Assembly: GCA_016934555.1 (NCBI GenBank)
Contig: JAFGSS010000146.1
Coordinates: 20,061 to 84,060 of the forward strand
Length of the DNA: 64,000 nucleotides
Origin: Acidobacteriota bacterium
Lineage (GTDB): Bacteria > Acidobacteriota > UBA6911
Direction of reading: 5' to 3'
Of this stretch, positions 27,429 through 36,960 are shown in pieces. Below the pieces are notes generated by a model. The model was given only the letters and a program-made list of their open reading frames with translations, ran no database searches and was not told the origin of the DNA. A program made the position numbers and the translations under genes. Every line of letters begins with the position of its first letter. Position 1 is the stretch's first letter.

Positions 27429-28901
27429 TCAGGCCCCCGTGAGCTTTTTCAGCAGCAGCTCATTGACCACCCCGGGGTTGGCCTGGCCCCGGGTCTCCTT
27501 CATCACCTGGCCGACGAAATAGCCCAGGACCCTGGTTTTCCCCGAACGGTATTCCTCGAGCTGTTTCGGGCTGGCGGCGATCACCCCGTCGATGACGGCG
27601 GCCAGGCTGGCTTCGTCGCTGACCTGGCGCAGTCCCATGCGGCGGATGACGCCGGCGGCGGGTTCGCCCGTACGGCTCATTTCCTCGAAGACGGTCTTGG
27701 CGATCCTGCCCGAGATCTCTCCCGAGTCGATGGTCCGGATCAGCTCCGCCAGGTCCCCGGCCGAAACCGGGCTCTCCCCGATCTCCCTGCCCGAGTTTTT
27801 CAGGGCGAAGGCGAGATCCCCCATGACCCAGTTCGCCGCCGCCCGGGGGTTGCCCGACGCGCGCGCGCATTCCTCGTAATAGGCCGCGGTCTCCACCGTG
27901 GCGGTCAGAAGCAGCGCGTCGTCGGCCCCGAGGGCATATTCGGTCATGAAGCGCTTCATTTTGGCGCCCGGGAGTTCCGGGAGCTCCGCCTCGATCCGCT
28001 CGAGCCACTCCGGGTCGAGCCGGAGGGGGGGGAGATCAGGCTCCGGAAAGTAGCGGTAGTCGTGCGCCTCCTCCTTGCTCCGCATGGTGAAGGTGCGCCC
28101 CTCGGATTCGTCCCAGAGGCGGGTCTCCTGGACGATGCGCCCCCCCTGGGACAGGACCCGGGTCTGCCGTTCGATCTCGTAGTCGAGCGCCCGCTGCAGA
28201 AAGCGGAAGGAGTTGAGGTTTTTGATTTCCACCTTCGTGCCGAGCGTGTCGGACCCTTCCGGCCGGATGGATACGTTGGCGTCGCACCGCAGGCTCCCCT
28301 CCTCCATGTTGCCGTCGCACACTCCCAGGTAGAGGAGGGTCTTGCGCAGGTGAACCACGTAATCGTAGGCCTCCTGGCTGCTGTGGAGATCGGGTTCGCC
28401 CACGATCTCCACCAGCGGCACCCCGGTGCGGTTCAGGTTGACATAGCTCTTGGACGCCGTCTCGGGAAGCCCCTCATGGATCGACTTGCCCGCGTCGTCC
28501 TCCATGTGAAGGCGGGTGATGCCGAACACCTTCTCGCGCCGGTTGACGATCTTCCCGCCGTCCGCCCGCTCCCCGGAGAACACCGCCACACTGCCGCGCT
28601 CCCCCAGCGGGCGGTCGAACTGCGAGATCTGGTAGCCCTTGGGCAGGTCGGGATAGAAATAATTCTTGCGCGCGAAAATCGATACGGTACGGACGCGGCA
28701 GCCCAGGGCCAGGGCCGCCTTTACCGCCATCGTGACGGCCTGCCGGTTGATCACGGGGAGCGCCCCGGGAAGTCCCAGGCAGACGGGGCAGGTCTGCGAG
28801 TTGGGGGGTGCGTCAAACCGGGTGCTGCAGCTGCAGAACAGCTTGCTCCTCGTCAGTAACTGGGCGTGTACCTCAAGTCCGATCACGGGTTCAAATTTCA
28901 T
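27429..28901 (-). CDS. gatB: Asp-tRNA(Asn)/Glu-tRNA(Gln) amidotransferase subunit B
   Basis: MKFEPVIGLEVHAQLLTRSKLFCSC... is the canonical GatB N-terminus. The C-terminal GatB/YqeY domain is present. 490 aa. Confidence 0.95.
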   Translation of the reverse strand: MKFEPVIGLEVHAQLLTRSKLFCSCSTRFDAPPNSQTCPVCLGLPGALPVINRQAVTMAVKAALALGCRVRTVSIFARKNYFYPDLPKGYQISQFDRPLGERGSVAVFSGERADGGKIVNRREKVFGITRLHMEDDAGKSIHEGLPETASKSYVNLNRTGVPLVEIVGEPDLHSSQEAYDYVVHLRKTLLYLGVCDGNMEEGSLRCDANVSIRPEGSDTLGTKVEIKNLNSFRFLQRALDYEIERQTRVLSQGGRIVQETRLWDESEGRTFTMRSKEEAHDYRYFPEPDLPPLRLDPEWLERIEAELPELPGAKMKRFMTEYALGADDALLLTATVETAAYYEECARASGNPRAAANWVMGDLAFALKNSGREIGESPVSAGDLAELIRTIDSGEISGRIAKTVFEEMSRTGEPAAGVIRRMGLRQVSDEASLAAVIDGVIAASPKQLEEYRSGKTRVLGYFVGQVMKETRGQANPGVVNELLLKKLTGA

Positions 28902-29222
28902 GGCTGCATTATATTACGGGAACCCCGGAAACGGGAGCCCCCATGACGGGGATCCCGGATTTTCAGAAATATGCGTCCGCACACAATAAAAGTGCGCTCG
29001 CGGACGCACTTCTTTGATTTTCGCGCCGTCCCGGTGCCGGGACAAAATCTTGCAAACGGTTGATTATAAAAATCATATAGGTAAATCAGGCGGAATGCCG
29101 CCCATGGGCACGGAAAATGCTAAGAACAAGGGTGAGGCGTCGCTCCCCATGTCGGAACGGCTGGGGTGAACATATTCGAGGGAACGCCGGATTCCGGCGT
29201 GGGGGCGGCGCTTCGATTCCGC

Positions 29223-30179
29223 CTATTCTTCCCGCAGAAACCGGGAGACGGCCGCCGCGGCCTGGTGCGCAAGCTCCGCGGCTTCCGCCCGCCCATCGAG
29301 CCACAGAATCTCCCCGTCGACCCGAAACCAGGAGAGCTGCCGCTTGGCGTAGCGGCGGCTCTCCTGCTGGGTCGATTCGATGGCCCGGTCGAGCCCGATC
29401 CGCCCCTGGAGGTATTCGGCCGCCTGCCGGTACCCGATCGCCCGGAAGGCCTGGCAGGAAGGGGGGCAGCGGTCGAGGAGTGCGCGGACTTCCTCGAGGA
29501 GGCCGCCCGCGAACATCCGCTCCACGCGCCGGTCGATCCTGGCATAGAGGAGCTCCCGGGGCAGGTCGATGCCGATCTTGAGCCGGCGGACCCCGGAGAA
29601 GGCGTCTCTGGGCCGGCTTTGCCACCACGTCATCGTCCTGCCGCTCAGGAGGTACACCTCGTAGGCGCGGATGATGCGGCCGGCGTCCTTGGCGCCGATC
29701 CTCGAGGCCGATTCCGGGTCCACCCGGGCCAGCGCGCGGTGGAGGACCTCCGGTCCCTTCCGGCCGATGACGCGTTTCATGCGCCGGCGCAGGGGGTCGC
29801 TTCTTTCGGGGCCATCGAAGAGCCCCTCGAAAAGGGCCTTCAGGTAGAATCCCGTCCCCCCGGCGACGACGGGGAGGTTCCCCCGGAGGCGGATCTCCCG
29901 GATCGCCGCGCGGGCCAGGCGCTGGTAGTCCCCGGCGGTGAATTCCTCGTGCGGCTCCCGGACGTCGATGAGGTGGTGGGGGATGCCGCGCCGGGCGGCG
30001 GGGGGGGTCTTGGCGGTGCCGACAGCCATATGCCTGTAGACCTGCAGGGCGTCGCAGCCGACGACCTCCCCTCCGAAGCGCAGCGCCAGCTCGAGTGCCA
30101 GGTCGCTTTTCCCCGCGGCGGTGGGGCCGACAACGGCGATGACCGGATCCTTGTCTGCCACGCCCTCACCCGAGTTCAA
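29223..30179 (-). CDS. miaA: tRNA dimethylallyltransferase MiaA
   Basis: P-loop VIAVVGPTAAGKSDLALELA, then DALQVYRHMAVGTAKT. Start is TTG at 30179 or GTG at 30161. Confidence 0.9.
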   Translation of the reverse strand: MNSGEGVADKDPVIAVVGPTAAGKSDLALELALRFGGEVVGCDALQVYRHMAVGTAKTPPAARRGIPHHLIDVREPHEEFTAGDYQRLARAAIREIRLRGNLPVVAGGTGFYLKALFEGLFDGPERSDPLRRRMKRVIGRKGPEVLHRALARVDPESASRIGAKDAGRIIRAYEVYLLSGRTMTWWQSRPRDAFSGVRRLKIGIDLPRELLYARIDRRVERMFAGGLLEEVRALLDRCPPSCQAFRAIGYRQAAEYLQGRIGLDRAIESTQQESRRYAKRQLSWFRVDGEILWLDGRAEAAELAHQAAAAVSRFLREE

Positions 30180-30264
30180 GGTAGTAGCGGAGGGAGGCGA
30201 TCAGGAGGAGGAGCAGGGCCAGGGCCAGGATCCCCCGCGTCTGCGAACGCATCCGTTGCATGGT

Positions 30265-32691
30265 CTAGTACGCCTTCCGGATGTCCACTCCGGTGTAATA
30301 GGTTCTGAGGATATCCTCGTAGCTCCGGCCCGCCCGGGCCATGCCGTAGGCCCCGGTCTGGCACAGGCCGATCCCGTGGCCGTATCCCCGCCCGTTGAAG
30401 GTGAAGGTCTGGATCCGGCCGTCGGCGCCGAATTCGCGCCCGAGCGTGTATAACGTGTCCTTGAGGCCCAGCGCATTTCGGACTTTGTAGCCGTTGAGCA
30501 GCACCGATCTGCGGCTCCCCACCGCCCGCACCTCCACCACCCGCCCCGATTCCCCGATGCGGTGCGGCTCGAGATCCAGAAACGTCCCGATGTCGCCGGT
30601 GAGCGGCCGGAGCTTTTCCCCCACCGCGGAGCGCGTCGCGAGGGTCTCCCACGTCGCCGCGGGGGAGTGGCGGTCGCTCGAGGCGCCCGAAGGGCTCAGC
30701 TCGATCTCGAGGAAATCGATCCGGTCCGAGGGTCCGACGTGGAAGGTGATCTTTTCGGCCCCGATCATGCGGATGCTGTGGATGGGTGTCGCCTGCCCTT
30801 GATCCATGCGGAACAGGGCGGGGTCCGGCGCCAGCCGGAACTCGTGGGTACGGTTTCCGGACCGGATTCCGATGACGGAGTCGTCCCCGTCCTCCCGGCG
30901 GAGTCCGGTGAACACCCCCTTGCGCAGCGTCCCCGGCCGGGCCGTTTCGATCCAGCGCAGCAGGAGGGAGAGTGCGTCCCCCCGCCGGAGCCTGTCCTCC
31001 GGCCGCACGGTGTTGTCGGCGTTGGGGCGCCAGAGGCCGTTCTGCATCAGGTAGCTGAGGATGGCGCGCAGGGGGTCGCGCACCCGTTCCCCGTCCTTGA
31101 TGTTGGCCATGTAGTAATCCATGTCGCCCGTCGAAATCCGCCGGGAGAGGGTGCCGGAACCGAAAAACGACTCGGCCGCGTAGAGGAGAAATCCCCCCCG
31201 GGTGGCGATGTCGACGCCGCGCGCCGCCTCCTCCGGCGGCGAACCGCCGATGGTCAGGACGGCCGCCCGGATCCAGTCCCTCATCTCGTCCCTTTCCGCG
31301 GGAGCGGCGAAATACCCGGGCGAGCGGGCTTCCCGGTCGGACGGCCCGATCCCCAGGACCCGGGCGAGTTCCAGGTTCCGGTTGGCCAGGTGCCCGTCGT
31401 CGGCCAGAAAAGGCTCCTCGAGCCCGTGGCGTCCCTCCAGCACGATCTCGCCCGGCCCGGGGCCGCTTTCGACCGCGCAGACCACGCTTTTCAGGTAGGG
31501 GACCGGCGCGGAGCCGTAGACCAGGGAGGCGTCCTCCGTGCGCCCGCCGCAGGTGGACATGAACATGGCGTCGATCAATCCGTCCTGGTAATAGATGGCG
31601 ATCCCCGCGGTCCGGCGCACGATGTCGTTCGTCATCTCCCGCTCCCCGTTGACGCCGCCGTAGACCTGGGTCCGGGTGTCGTCGGTGAGGTCGAACCCCT
31701 GGGAGCGGTAGCGGCCCAGGTTCTTGAGGGCGTAGGTCCTGGCGGCGACCGCCTGCGCGGCCAGGGCGGCCGGTTCGGGATAGGTCGCGGGGTTCATCTC
31801 GGCCGGGACGACGCCGAAGAGGTATTCTTCCAGCCCCAGCTGGTTGACGAGCGTCATCCCGCCGCCTTCGGGGATGACGTCCAGGGCGCCCCGATACGGT
31901 TTCCCGTCCACGCACAGGAAATCGGCCCCTGACGAGGGGGTGATGAAGAACCCGGCCCGGCTCTTCAGCGACAGGTTGTCCGGGCTCGACAGGACCAGTT
32001 CCGCCCCGTTGCCGCCCCCCGGGCCCCCGCCCGACGGTTCGGCCCGGGTCAGGAACGCGTCCGGGTAGCCCGAGCGCGCCAGATGCTCGAGCAGCTCCCG
32101 TGCCTCCTCCCTGGCGGCAAAGAGGCCGACGCGCACCCGGTGGGCGCCCGTGGAGGCGTTGACCTGGACCGCCACGGGGACCTCCAGTTCACGCTCGAGG
32201 AGGGCGCCAAGTTCGGCCGCGCGATCGGCGCTCGACAGGGAAGCCACCTGGATCTGGTAAGCGGCGGTTGCGGGGGCGCCCCCCCCCTCGGTCCGGATGC
32301 GGATTTCACTCCCGACCCGCCACCGGGGAGCGTCCGGCGTCTTCTCCATCAGGTGGAATTCGGCCGATGAGGAGATGCGTAGTTCCTTCGCCCCGGTCTC
32401 GAGCCCGATGCGGATCAGGGGCCCCGGAGTCGCTTCCTCCGTCGGCGGGGCGATGGTGGCCACTTCCGGAAGGGGGGGGGCGGGCGGTTGCGCGCGGGGG
32501 GACTCGGCCGCCGGCGGAGCCCCGGGCTGTGCGGGGGGAGCCGGTCGGGTTCCCGGCCCCTGGACCGTGGCTTTCGGACCGCCGCATCCGGTCAGCAACA
32601 GGAGGAGCAGGACGCAGGGAGGGATCCCCGAAAGGGGGAGGAACCTGGAAAAGGGCAAGAGGGGACTCCTTGGAAGCGGGCGATGGATCAT
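30265..32691 (-). CDS. SpoIID/LytB-domain lipoprotein with SPOR domain
   Basis: ATG at 32691. The lipobox is LLLLTGC. A SPOR-like segment (YQIQVASLSSADRAAELGALLERELEVPVAVQVNASTGAHRVRVGLFAAREEARELLEHL) is followed by a SpoIID/LytB amidase-enhancer domain (RGYGHGIGLCQTGAYGMA). Confidence 0.8.
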   Translation of the reverse strand: MIHRPLPRSPLLPFSRFLPLSGIPPCVLLLLLLTGCGGPKATVQGPGTRPAPPAQPGAPPAAESPRAQPPAPPLPEVATIAPPTEEATPGPLIRIGLETGAKELRISSSAEFHLMEKTPDAPRWRVGSEIRIRTEGGGAPATAAYQIQVASLSSADRAAELGALLERELEVPVAVQVNASTGAHRVRVGLFAAREEARELLEHLARSGYPDAFLTRAEPSGGGPGGGNGAELVLSSPDNLSLKSRAGFFITPSSGADFLCVDGKPYRGALDVIPEGGGMTLVNQLGLEEYLFGVVPAEMNPATYPEPAALAAQAVAARTYALKNLGRYRSQGFDLTDDTRTQVYGGVNGEREMTNDIVRRTAGIAIYYQDGLIDAMFMSTCGGRTEDASLVYGSAPVPYLKSVVCAVESGPGPGEIVLEGRHGLEEPFLADDGHLANRNLELARVLGIGPSDREARSPGYFAAPAERDEMRDWIRAAVLTIGGSPPEEAARGVDIATRGGFLLYAAESFFGSGTLSRRISTGDMDYYMANIKDGERVRDPLRAILSYLMQNGLWRPNADNTVRPEDRLRRGDALSLLLRWIETARPGTLRKGVFTGLRREDGDDSVIGIRSGNRTHEFRLAPDPALFRMDQGQATPIHSIRMIGAEKITFHVGPSDRIDFLEIELSPSGASSDRHSPAATWETLATRSAVGEKLRPLTGDIGTFLDLEPHRIGESGRVVEVRAVGSRRSVLLNGYKVRNALGLKDTLYTLGREFGADGRIQTFTFNGRGYGHGIGLCQTGAYGMARAGRSYEDILRTYYTGVDIRKAY

Positions 32692-33668
32692 GGATCGACG
32701 ATGAGGATCAGCTTGACCCCGATGCGGTCTCCCGGAAAGCCCTTGGGCAGCGGGGGGAACGGGTTGGATTCGATGACGGCGTTCAGGGCCGCCAGGTTCA
32801 GCGAATTGTTCCCGGAGGAGGCCACGATGCGGGCGTCGGCGAAACGACCCTCCTTGTCGATGTAAAAGACGATGGTCGTCTGCCCCTGGGAATTTTTGAG
32901 GTTGGAGGGTATGAACCACCTCCCCTTGACCCGCTCCACGATGATGTCCTTGTAGTTTCCGAGCGGAAAGCCCTTGGTGTCGAACAGGCCGACACCGGGG
33001 CTTTCGAGGGCGCTCGTCTCATCCTCGAAGACGCCCTCGGACGGTTTTCCGGCCCTGGGAGGCGTGGGGGGCGGGATCGAATCGGGGATCCGGCTCGGGG
33101 CCCGGTCGGCGGCCGAGGCGGCGGCCGGCGCCTTCCGGGGGGGGGGGCGGTCGGAGTTCCTGCCGCTGTCGGCATCGGGCCGGCCGTCATCCTCCTCGGT
33201 GGCCCGGAGGTTTTCGCCCGCGATCCTGGGTTCGCTGGTCCCCGACAGGACCGGGTTTTCCGGAAGGGAAACCTTCGGTTTGGGCGCTTCCCCGGGGGCC
33301 TTCGGCATGGGAGGCAGGTCGGCCAGGGCGGCGTTCAGGTCCCCGAACCGGACCCGGATGGGGGGGGCGCCGGCTCCCTCGTGGTCCCAATCGGGCAGAT
33401 TCCGCTCGAGGGTCTCCGCCGAGGGCATCGCCATGCGCGCGGGGCTTTCGAGGATCGTGACCGTACGCCATTCCCGCTCGTCGCGGTCCTGATCCGACGG
33501 GCCCATGAGCACACGGAACGGCGTCCCCCGCCCCCCCTGCAGGATCTGCGGGAATTCTACGAGGAGCAGAAGCAGCAGGCCGTGCGCCAGGCCGCTGACG
33601 ATCACCGAAGCGAGGGTTCGCCCGCTGGGTGCTCCCTTCCGGCTTCTGGATATGACATCGTCAAACAT
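32688..33668 (-). CDS. TonB-family protein (N-terminal TM anchor, Pro-rich spacer, TonB C-terminal domain)
   Basis: Membrane anchor VIVSGLAHGLLLLLLV, then a Pro-rich linker, then a C-terminal YIDKEGRFADARIVASSGNNSLNLAALNAVIESNPFPPLP TonB_C fold. It overlaps the SpoIID gene start by 4 nt. Confidence 0.7.
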   Translation of the reverse strand: MFDDVISRSRKGAPSGRTLASVIVSGLAHGLLLLLLVEFPQILQGGRGTPFRVLMGPSDQDRDEREWRTVTILESPARMAMPSAETLERNLPDWDHEGAGAPPIRVRFGDLNAALADLPPMPKAPGEAPKPKVSLPENPVLSGTSEPRIAGENLRATEEDDGRPDADSGRNSDRPPPRKAPAAASAADRAPSRIPDSIPPPTPPRAGKPSEGVFEDETSALESPGVGLFDTKGFPLGNYKDIIVERVKGRWFIPSNLKNSQGQTTIVFYIDKEGRFADARIVASSGNNSLNLAALNAVIESNPFPPLPKGFPGDRIGVKLILIVDP

Positions 33669-33713
33669 CGGATCGCTCCGCTCGCGGCGTTGTTTAAAGT
33701 ATAGGAAAGGCTC

Positions 33714-34673
33714 CTAATCCCTGTCAATTTCATGGGCTTGGGCCGCTTCGGCCTTCTCGAGGATCACCAGCGCCAGCGAAAGCGCCCCCCGTCCCTCCGC
33801 GCCGGTGCATTCGACCGGCCCGAGCCCCCGGGCCGCGCGCAGAAAAGCGCGGAGCTCCAGCTGGAGCGGTTCCTGCCGTTCGGGGGTGATGGTGCGCCCC
33901 GCGATTTCGGGAATGGCGCTCCCCCCCTTGCGGTCGAGCTGGAACACCGACAGGTCCTGCCGCGTGTAATCGAGCGAGATGTATTCCTGCCGCTGAAAGA
34001 GGCGCAGCTTGCGGATCTTTTCCATCGAGACGCGGCTGGCGGTGATGTTGGCGACGCAGCCGTTCTCGAACCGGAGGCGGGTGTTGGCGATGTCGATCCG
34101 GCGGCTCAGGATGGCGATCCCCACCGCGCTGACCTCCGCCACGGGGGAGGGGACCAGCAGCCCGATGATGTCCAGGTCGTGGATCATCAGGTCGAGGATG
34201 ACGTCGATATCGAGGCTGCGGGGGGAGAACAGCCCCATCCGGTGGGCCTCGAAGAAGCGCGGGTTGTGCACGATCCTGCGCAGCTCGATCACCGCCGGGT
34301 TGAAGCGCTCCAGGTGCCCGACCTGAAGGACCCGGCCGTTCTGCTCCGCCGTCCGGATGAGCAGGTCGGCCGCCTCGAGCGAGGGGGCGATCGGTTTCTC
34401 CACCAGGACGTGCACCCCCTCCCGCAGGAACTCGGCGCCGATTTCGGCGTGGAGCAGCGTGGGGGTGGCGATGCTCACGGCATCCACCCTGCCGAAGAGA
34501 TCGCGGTGATGTGGGAAGACCGCCGTCCCCAGGGGGCGGGCCACGGCTTCCGCCCGGCCCGGGTGGGGATCGACGACGCCCACGAGCTCCGCTTCGGGGA
34601 GAGCGGCATAAACCCTGGCATGGTGCTGTCCCAGTGCCCCGACTCCCACAACTCCTACCCGAATCCTGTCCAT
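33714..34673 (-). CDS. Gfo/Idh/MocA-family NAD(P)-dependent oxidoreductase
   Basis: ATG at 34673 gives MDRIRVGVVGVGALGQHHARVY (Rossmann motif) ...VLVEKPIA. 320 aa, directly downstream of lpxA-lpxI. Confidence 0.8.
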   Translation of the reverse strand: MDRIRVGVVGVGALGQHHARVYAALPEAELVGVVDPHPGRAEAVARPLGTAVFPHHRDLFGRVDAVSIATPTLLHAEIGAEFLREGVHVLVEKPIAPSLEAADLLIRTAEQNGRVLQVGHLERFNPAVIELRRIVHNPRFFEAHRMGLFSPRSLDIDVILDLMIHDLDIIGLLVPSPVAEVSAVGIAILSRRIDIANTRLRFENGCVANITASRVSMEKIRKLRLFQRQEYISLDYTRQDLSVFQLDRKGGSAIPEIAGRTITPERQEPLQLELRAFLRAARGLGPVECTGAEGRGALSLALVILEKAEAAQAHEIDRD

Positions 34674-34720
34674 GAAAATGCTCCTGGCAATGGATGATTG
34701 GCGGCCATGTGCGGTCCCGG

Positions 34721-35548
34721 TCACTCCGCCTCCGGCAGGGAGACGATGGCGATACCGTGCCGGTCCGCCGCGGCCACGACTTCTTCCCGGTCGAACAGAA
34801 GGGTGCGCCCGGCATCGATGCACAGGGCCGTGGCGCCGCACTCGGCCATGTTCCTGATGGTCTCGAGCCCGACGACGGGAAGGTCGAAGCGCATGTCCTG
34901 TCCGGGCTTGCTGACCTTGATCACGGTCAGGCTCGTCCTGTTTCCCAGCCGCCCCGCGCGCCGGATGACGGCATCCGTTCCCTCCATGGCCTCCACGGCG
35001 ACCACGGCCCGGTCCCGGACCACGATGGTCTGCCCGATATCCATCGCGGCGATCCGCCGCGCCAGGGGCCGGCCGTAATCGACGTCCGCCTGTTCCGATG
35101 CGGTGAGAGGGCGCGACGTCAGGGTCCCGGCGGCGGGGAGGTGGGGTTCGAGCAGGATCGCACTGTTGACGAGGGCGATCCCGGCCTCCTCGAGCACCCT
35201 GGCGACTCCCCCGATCAGGGCGTCGGTGTTTTTCTGCCGGAGGCCGGCGAGCATGCGGATCATGGTCAGGTCGGGGAAGGAAGGGCCGAAGATCTGCGCG
35301 TGCCTGACCTGGCCGGCCATGATGGCCTTGCGGACCCCCGATTGCCTGAAGATCCGGATGAGAGTGCCCAGCTGCCCCAGCCCCAGCCAGTGAACGGGGT
35401 ATCCGCACGATGCGATCTCCGGGTCGGCCTCTTCCCGGATGGCGGCGACGACCATGTCCAGGTCCCGCCTCCGGGCCGACTCCACGACCAGGAAGGGGAA
35501 GCGGCCGTTACCCGCGATCAGTCCGAATTTTTCCTTGGCGTCTGTCAA
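34721..35548 (-). CDS. lpxI: UDP-2,3-diacylglucosamine pyrophosphatase LpxI (DUF1009)
   Basis: The N-terminus KFGLIAGNGRFPFLVVESAR and overall DUF1009/LpxI-like composition. TTG start. 275 aa. Confidence 0.8.
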   Translation of the reverse strand: MTDAKEKFGLIAGNGRFPFLVVESARRRDLDMVVAAIREEADPEIASCGYPVHWLGLGQLGTLIRIFRQSGVRKAIMAGQVRHAQIFGPSFPDLTMIRMLAGLRQKNTDALIGGVARVLEEAGIALVNSAILLEPHLPAAGTLTSRPLTASEQADVDYGRPLARRIAAMDIGQTIVVRDRAVVAVEAMEGTDAVIRRAGRLGNRTSLTVIKVSKPGQDMRFDLPVVGLETIRNMAECGATALCIDAGRTLLFDREEVVAAADRHGIAIVSLPEAE

Positions 35549-35572
35549 CGGAGAGTCCCGGTTCCAAAGGCC

Positions 35573-36352
35573 TCAGCGGATGAATCCCCGCTCGGAGCTT
35601 TCGATGAAGGTGACCAGTAGCGCCACTTCGGGCGCCGACCACTCCTGTTCCCGCAATTTTGCCAGCGCTTCCCCCGTGTTCATCCGCGAGCGGAAGCAGA
35701 TGCGGTATGCATGCTTCAGTTCGAGGATGGTCTCCGCGGAAAAGCCCTTGCGCTCGAGCCCGAGGGCGTTGATGCCGTAGATCCGGGCGTGGTTCCGTTC
35801 GCCCACCGTCTTGACGTAGGGGAGGGCGTCCCGGGTGACGACGGAAAAACCCCCGATGAAGGCGTGGGGGCCCACCCGGCAGAACTGGTGTACGGCGGAG
35901 AAGGCGCCCACGGTGGCGTGATCGCCGACGGTGACGTGACCGGCCAGGGTGGCGGCGTTGGCCATGATGACGCCGTCCCCCACCACGCAGTCGTGCGCCA
36001 CGTGGCTGTAGGCCATGGCGAAGTTGCCGCTGCCGATCACCGTGACGCCGTGCCCCCCCCGTGTGCCCCGGTGGAGGCTGACGAATTCGCGGAAGACGTT
36101 GTCGTCCCCTATCCGGAGGAAGGTTTCCTCCCCCCGGTATTTCAGGTCCTGGGGGTCGGCGCCGACCGAACAGTGGCTGTAGAAGCGGCATCTCTCCCCC
36201 ACGGTCGTGTGCCCGTGGATGACGACGTGGGAATCCAGGACGCAACCGGCCCCCAGGCGCGTCTGGGGGCCGAGGACACAGTAGGGGCCGATGAGGGCGT
36301 CGGGGGCGATGTCGCACGAACGGTCAACGATGGCTGTCGGGTGTATGGGCAT
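35573..36352 (-). CDS. lpxA: Acyl-ACP--UDP-N-acetylglucosamine O-acyltransferase LpxA
   Basis: MPIHPTAIVD followed by hexapeptide (left-handed beta-helix) repeats and the C-terminal LpxA helical domain. Start is ATG at 36352. Confidence 0.9.
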   Translation of the reverse strand: MPIHPTAIVDRSCDIAPDALIGPYCVLGPQTRLGAGCVLDSHVVIHGHTTVGERCRFYSHCSVGADPQDLKYRGEETFLRIGDDNVFREFVSLHRGTRGGHGVTVIGSGNFAMAYSHVAHDCVVGDGVIMANAATLAGHVTVGDHATVGAFSAVHQFCRVGPHAFIGGFSVVTRDALPYVKTVGERNHARIYGINALGLERKGFSAETILELKHAYRICFRSRMNTGEALAKLREQEWSAPEVALLVTFIESSERGFIR

Positions 36353-36418
36353 GGCAATTCCGGCAAGAGGTGCCGGACTCTTCCGGTCCGGCGGCAAAAC
36401 GGGAACCCGCGAACGGAA

Positions 36419-36871
36419 TCAGGGGCGGTCCACGAGGGAGCAGGAAAGTTCCGCCTCGACCGCCAGGCCGCTTTCGACGAACGCCTGTCCCTTCATCCTG
36501 TAGTAGCGGTCCCTCTGTTTGAGGACGTTCACTTCAATTCGGAGCTGGTCTCCCGGAACGACGGGGTGACGGAACCGGCACTTGTCGATTCCCGAAAAGT
36601 ACACCAGCCTGGACTCCCGGTCTGGGTGGTTTCCCAGCAGGAGCGCGACCCCGACCTGGGCGAGGGCCTCCACCAGCAGGACTCCGGGCATGACGGGATG
36701 ATCCGGGAAGTGTCCCTGGAAGAAGGGCTCGTTGATGGTGACGTTCTTGAGCCCCACCATGTAGGTGGATCCGTCCGTTTCCAGAATCCGATCGACCAGC
36801 AGGAAGGGGTAGCGCTGGGGCAAAACCTTGAGGATGTCGCGAATATCCCTGACCGGGCCTCCGCTGTCCAT
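36419..36871 (-). CDS. fabZ: 3-hydroxyacyl-ACP dehydratase FabZ
   Basis: ILKVLPQRYPFLLVDRI...INEPFFQGHFPDHPVMPGVLLVEALAQ is the canonical FabZ hot-dog fold. Confidence 0.95.
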   Translation of the reverse strand: MDSGGPVRDIRDILKVLPQRYPFLLVDRILETDGSTYMVGLKNVTINEPFFQGHFPDHPVMPGVLLVEALAQVGVALLLGNHPDRESRLVYFSGIDKCRFRHPVVPGDQLRIEVNVLKQRDRYYRMKGQAFVESGLAVEAELSCSLVDRP

Positions 36872-36960
36872 GGCATTCTCCGATCGGCCTCCCCCCGATT
36901 GCCCTCCGCCGCTCGCGGGGGACGGGGGGAGGCCGGTTCCTTCATACGGCCGCCGCGCCC

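Noticed and set aside
28808-29017. 69-aa plus-strand ORF in the gatB upstream region.
   Set aside because: It lies within a structured, AT-rich intergenic leader. The sequence is Cys/Ser-rich nonsense with no Shine-Dalgarno. It is more likely non-coding.
29183-29225. tRNA-like T-arm motif (GGCGCTTCGATTCCGCC) and the hairpin ACGCCGGATTCCGGCGT just downstream of the miaA stop.
   Set aside because: A cloverleaf cannot be completed. There is no matching acceptor stem or D-arm, and the T-loop is not 7 nt between paired stems. The hairpin is not followed by a U-run on either strand.
30176-31915. 579-aa minus-strand ORF overlapping the SpoIID/LytB gene in another frame. Similarly 33730..34815(-) overlaps the Gfo/Idh/MocA gene, and 37727..40246(-) overlaps bamA.
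   Set aside because: These are alternative-frame read-throughs of real genes, a GC-rich artefact. Their products are Arg/Gly/Pro-dominated, while the chosen frames give recognisable domains.
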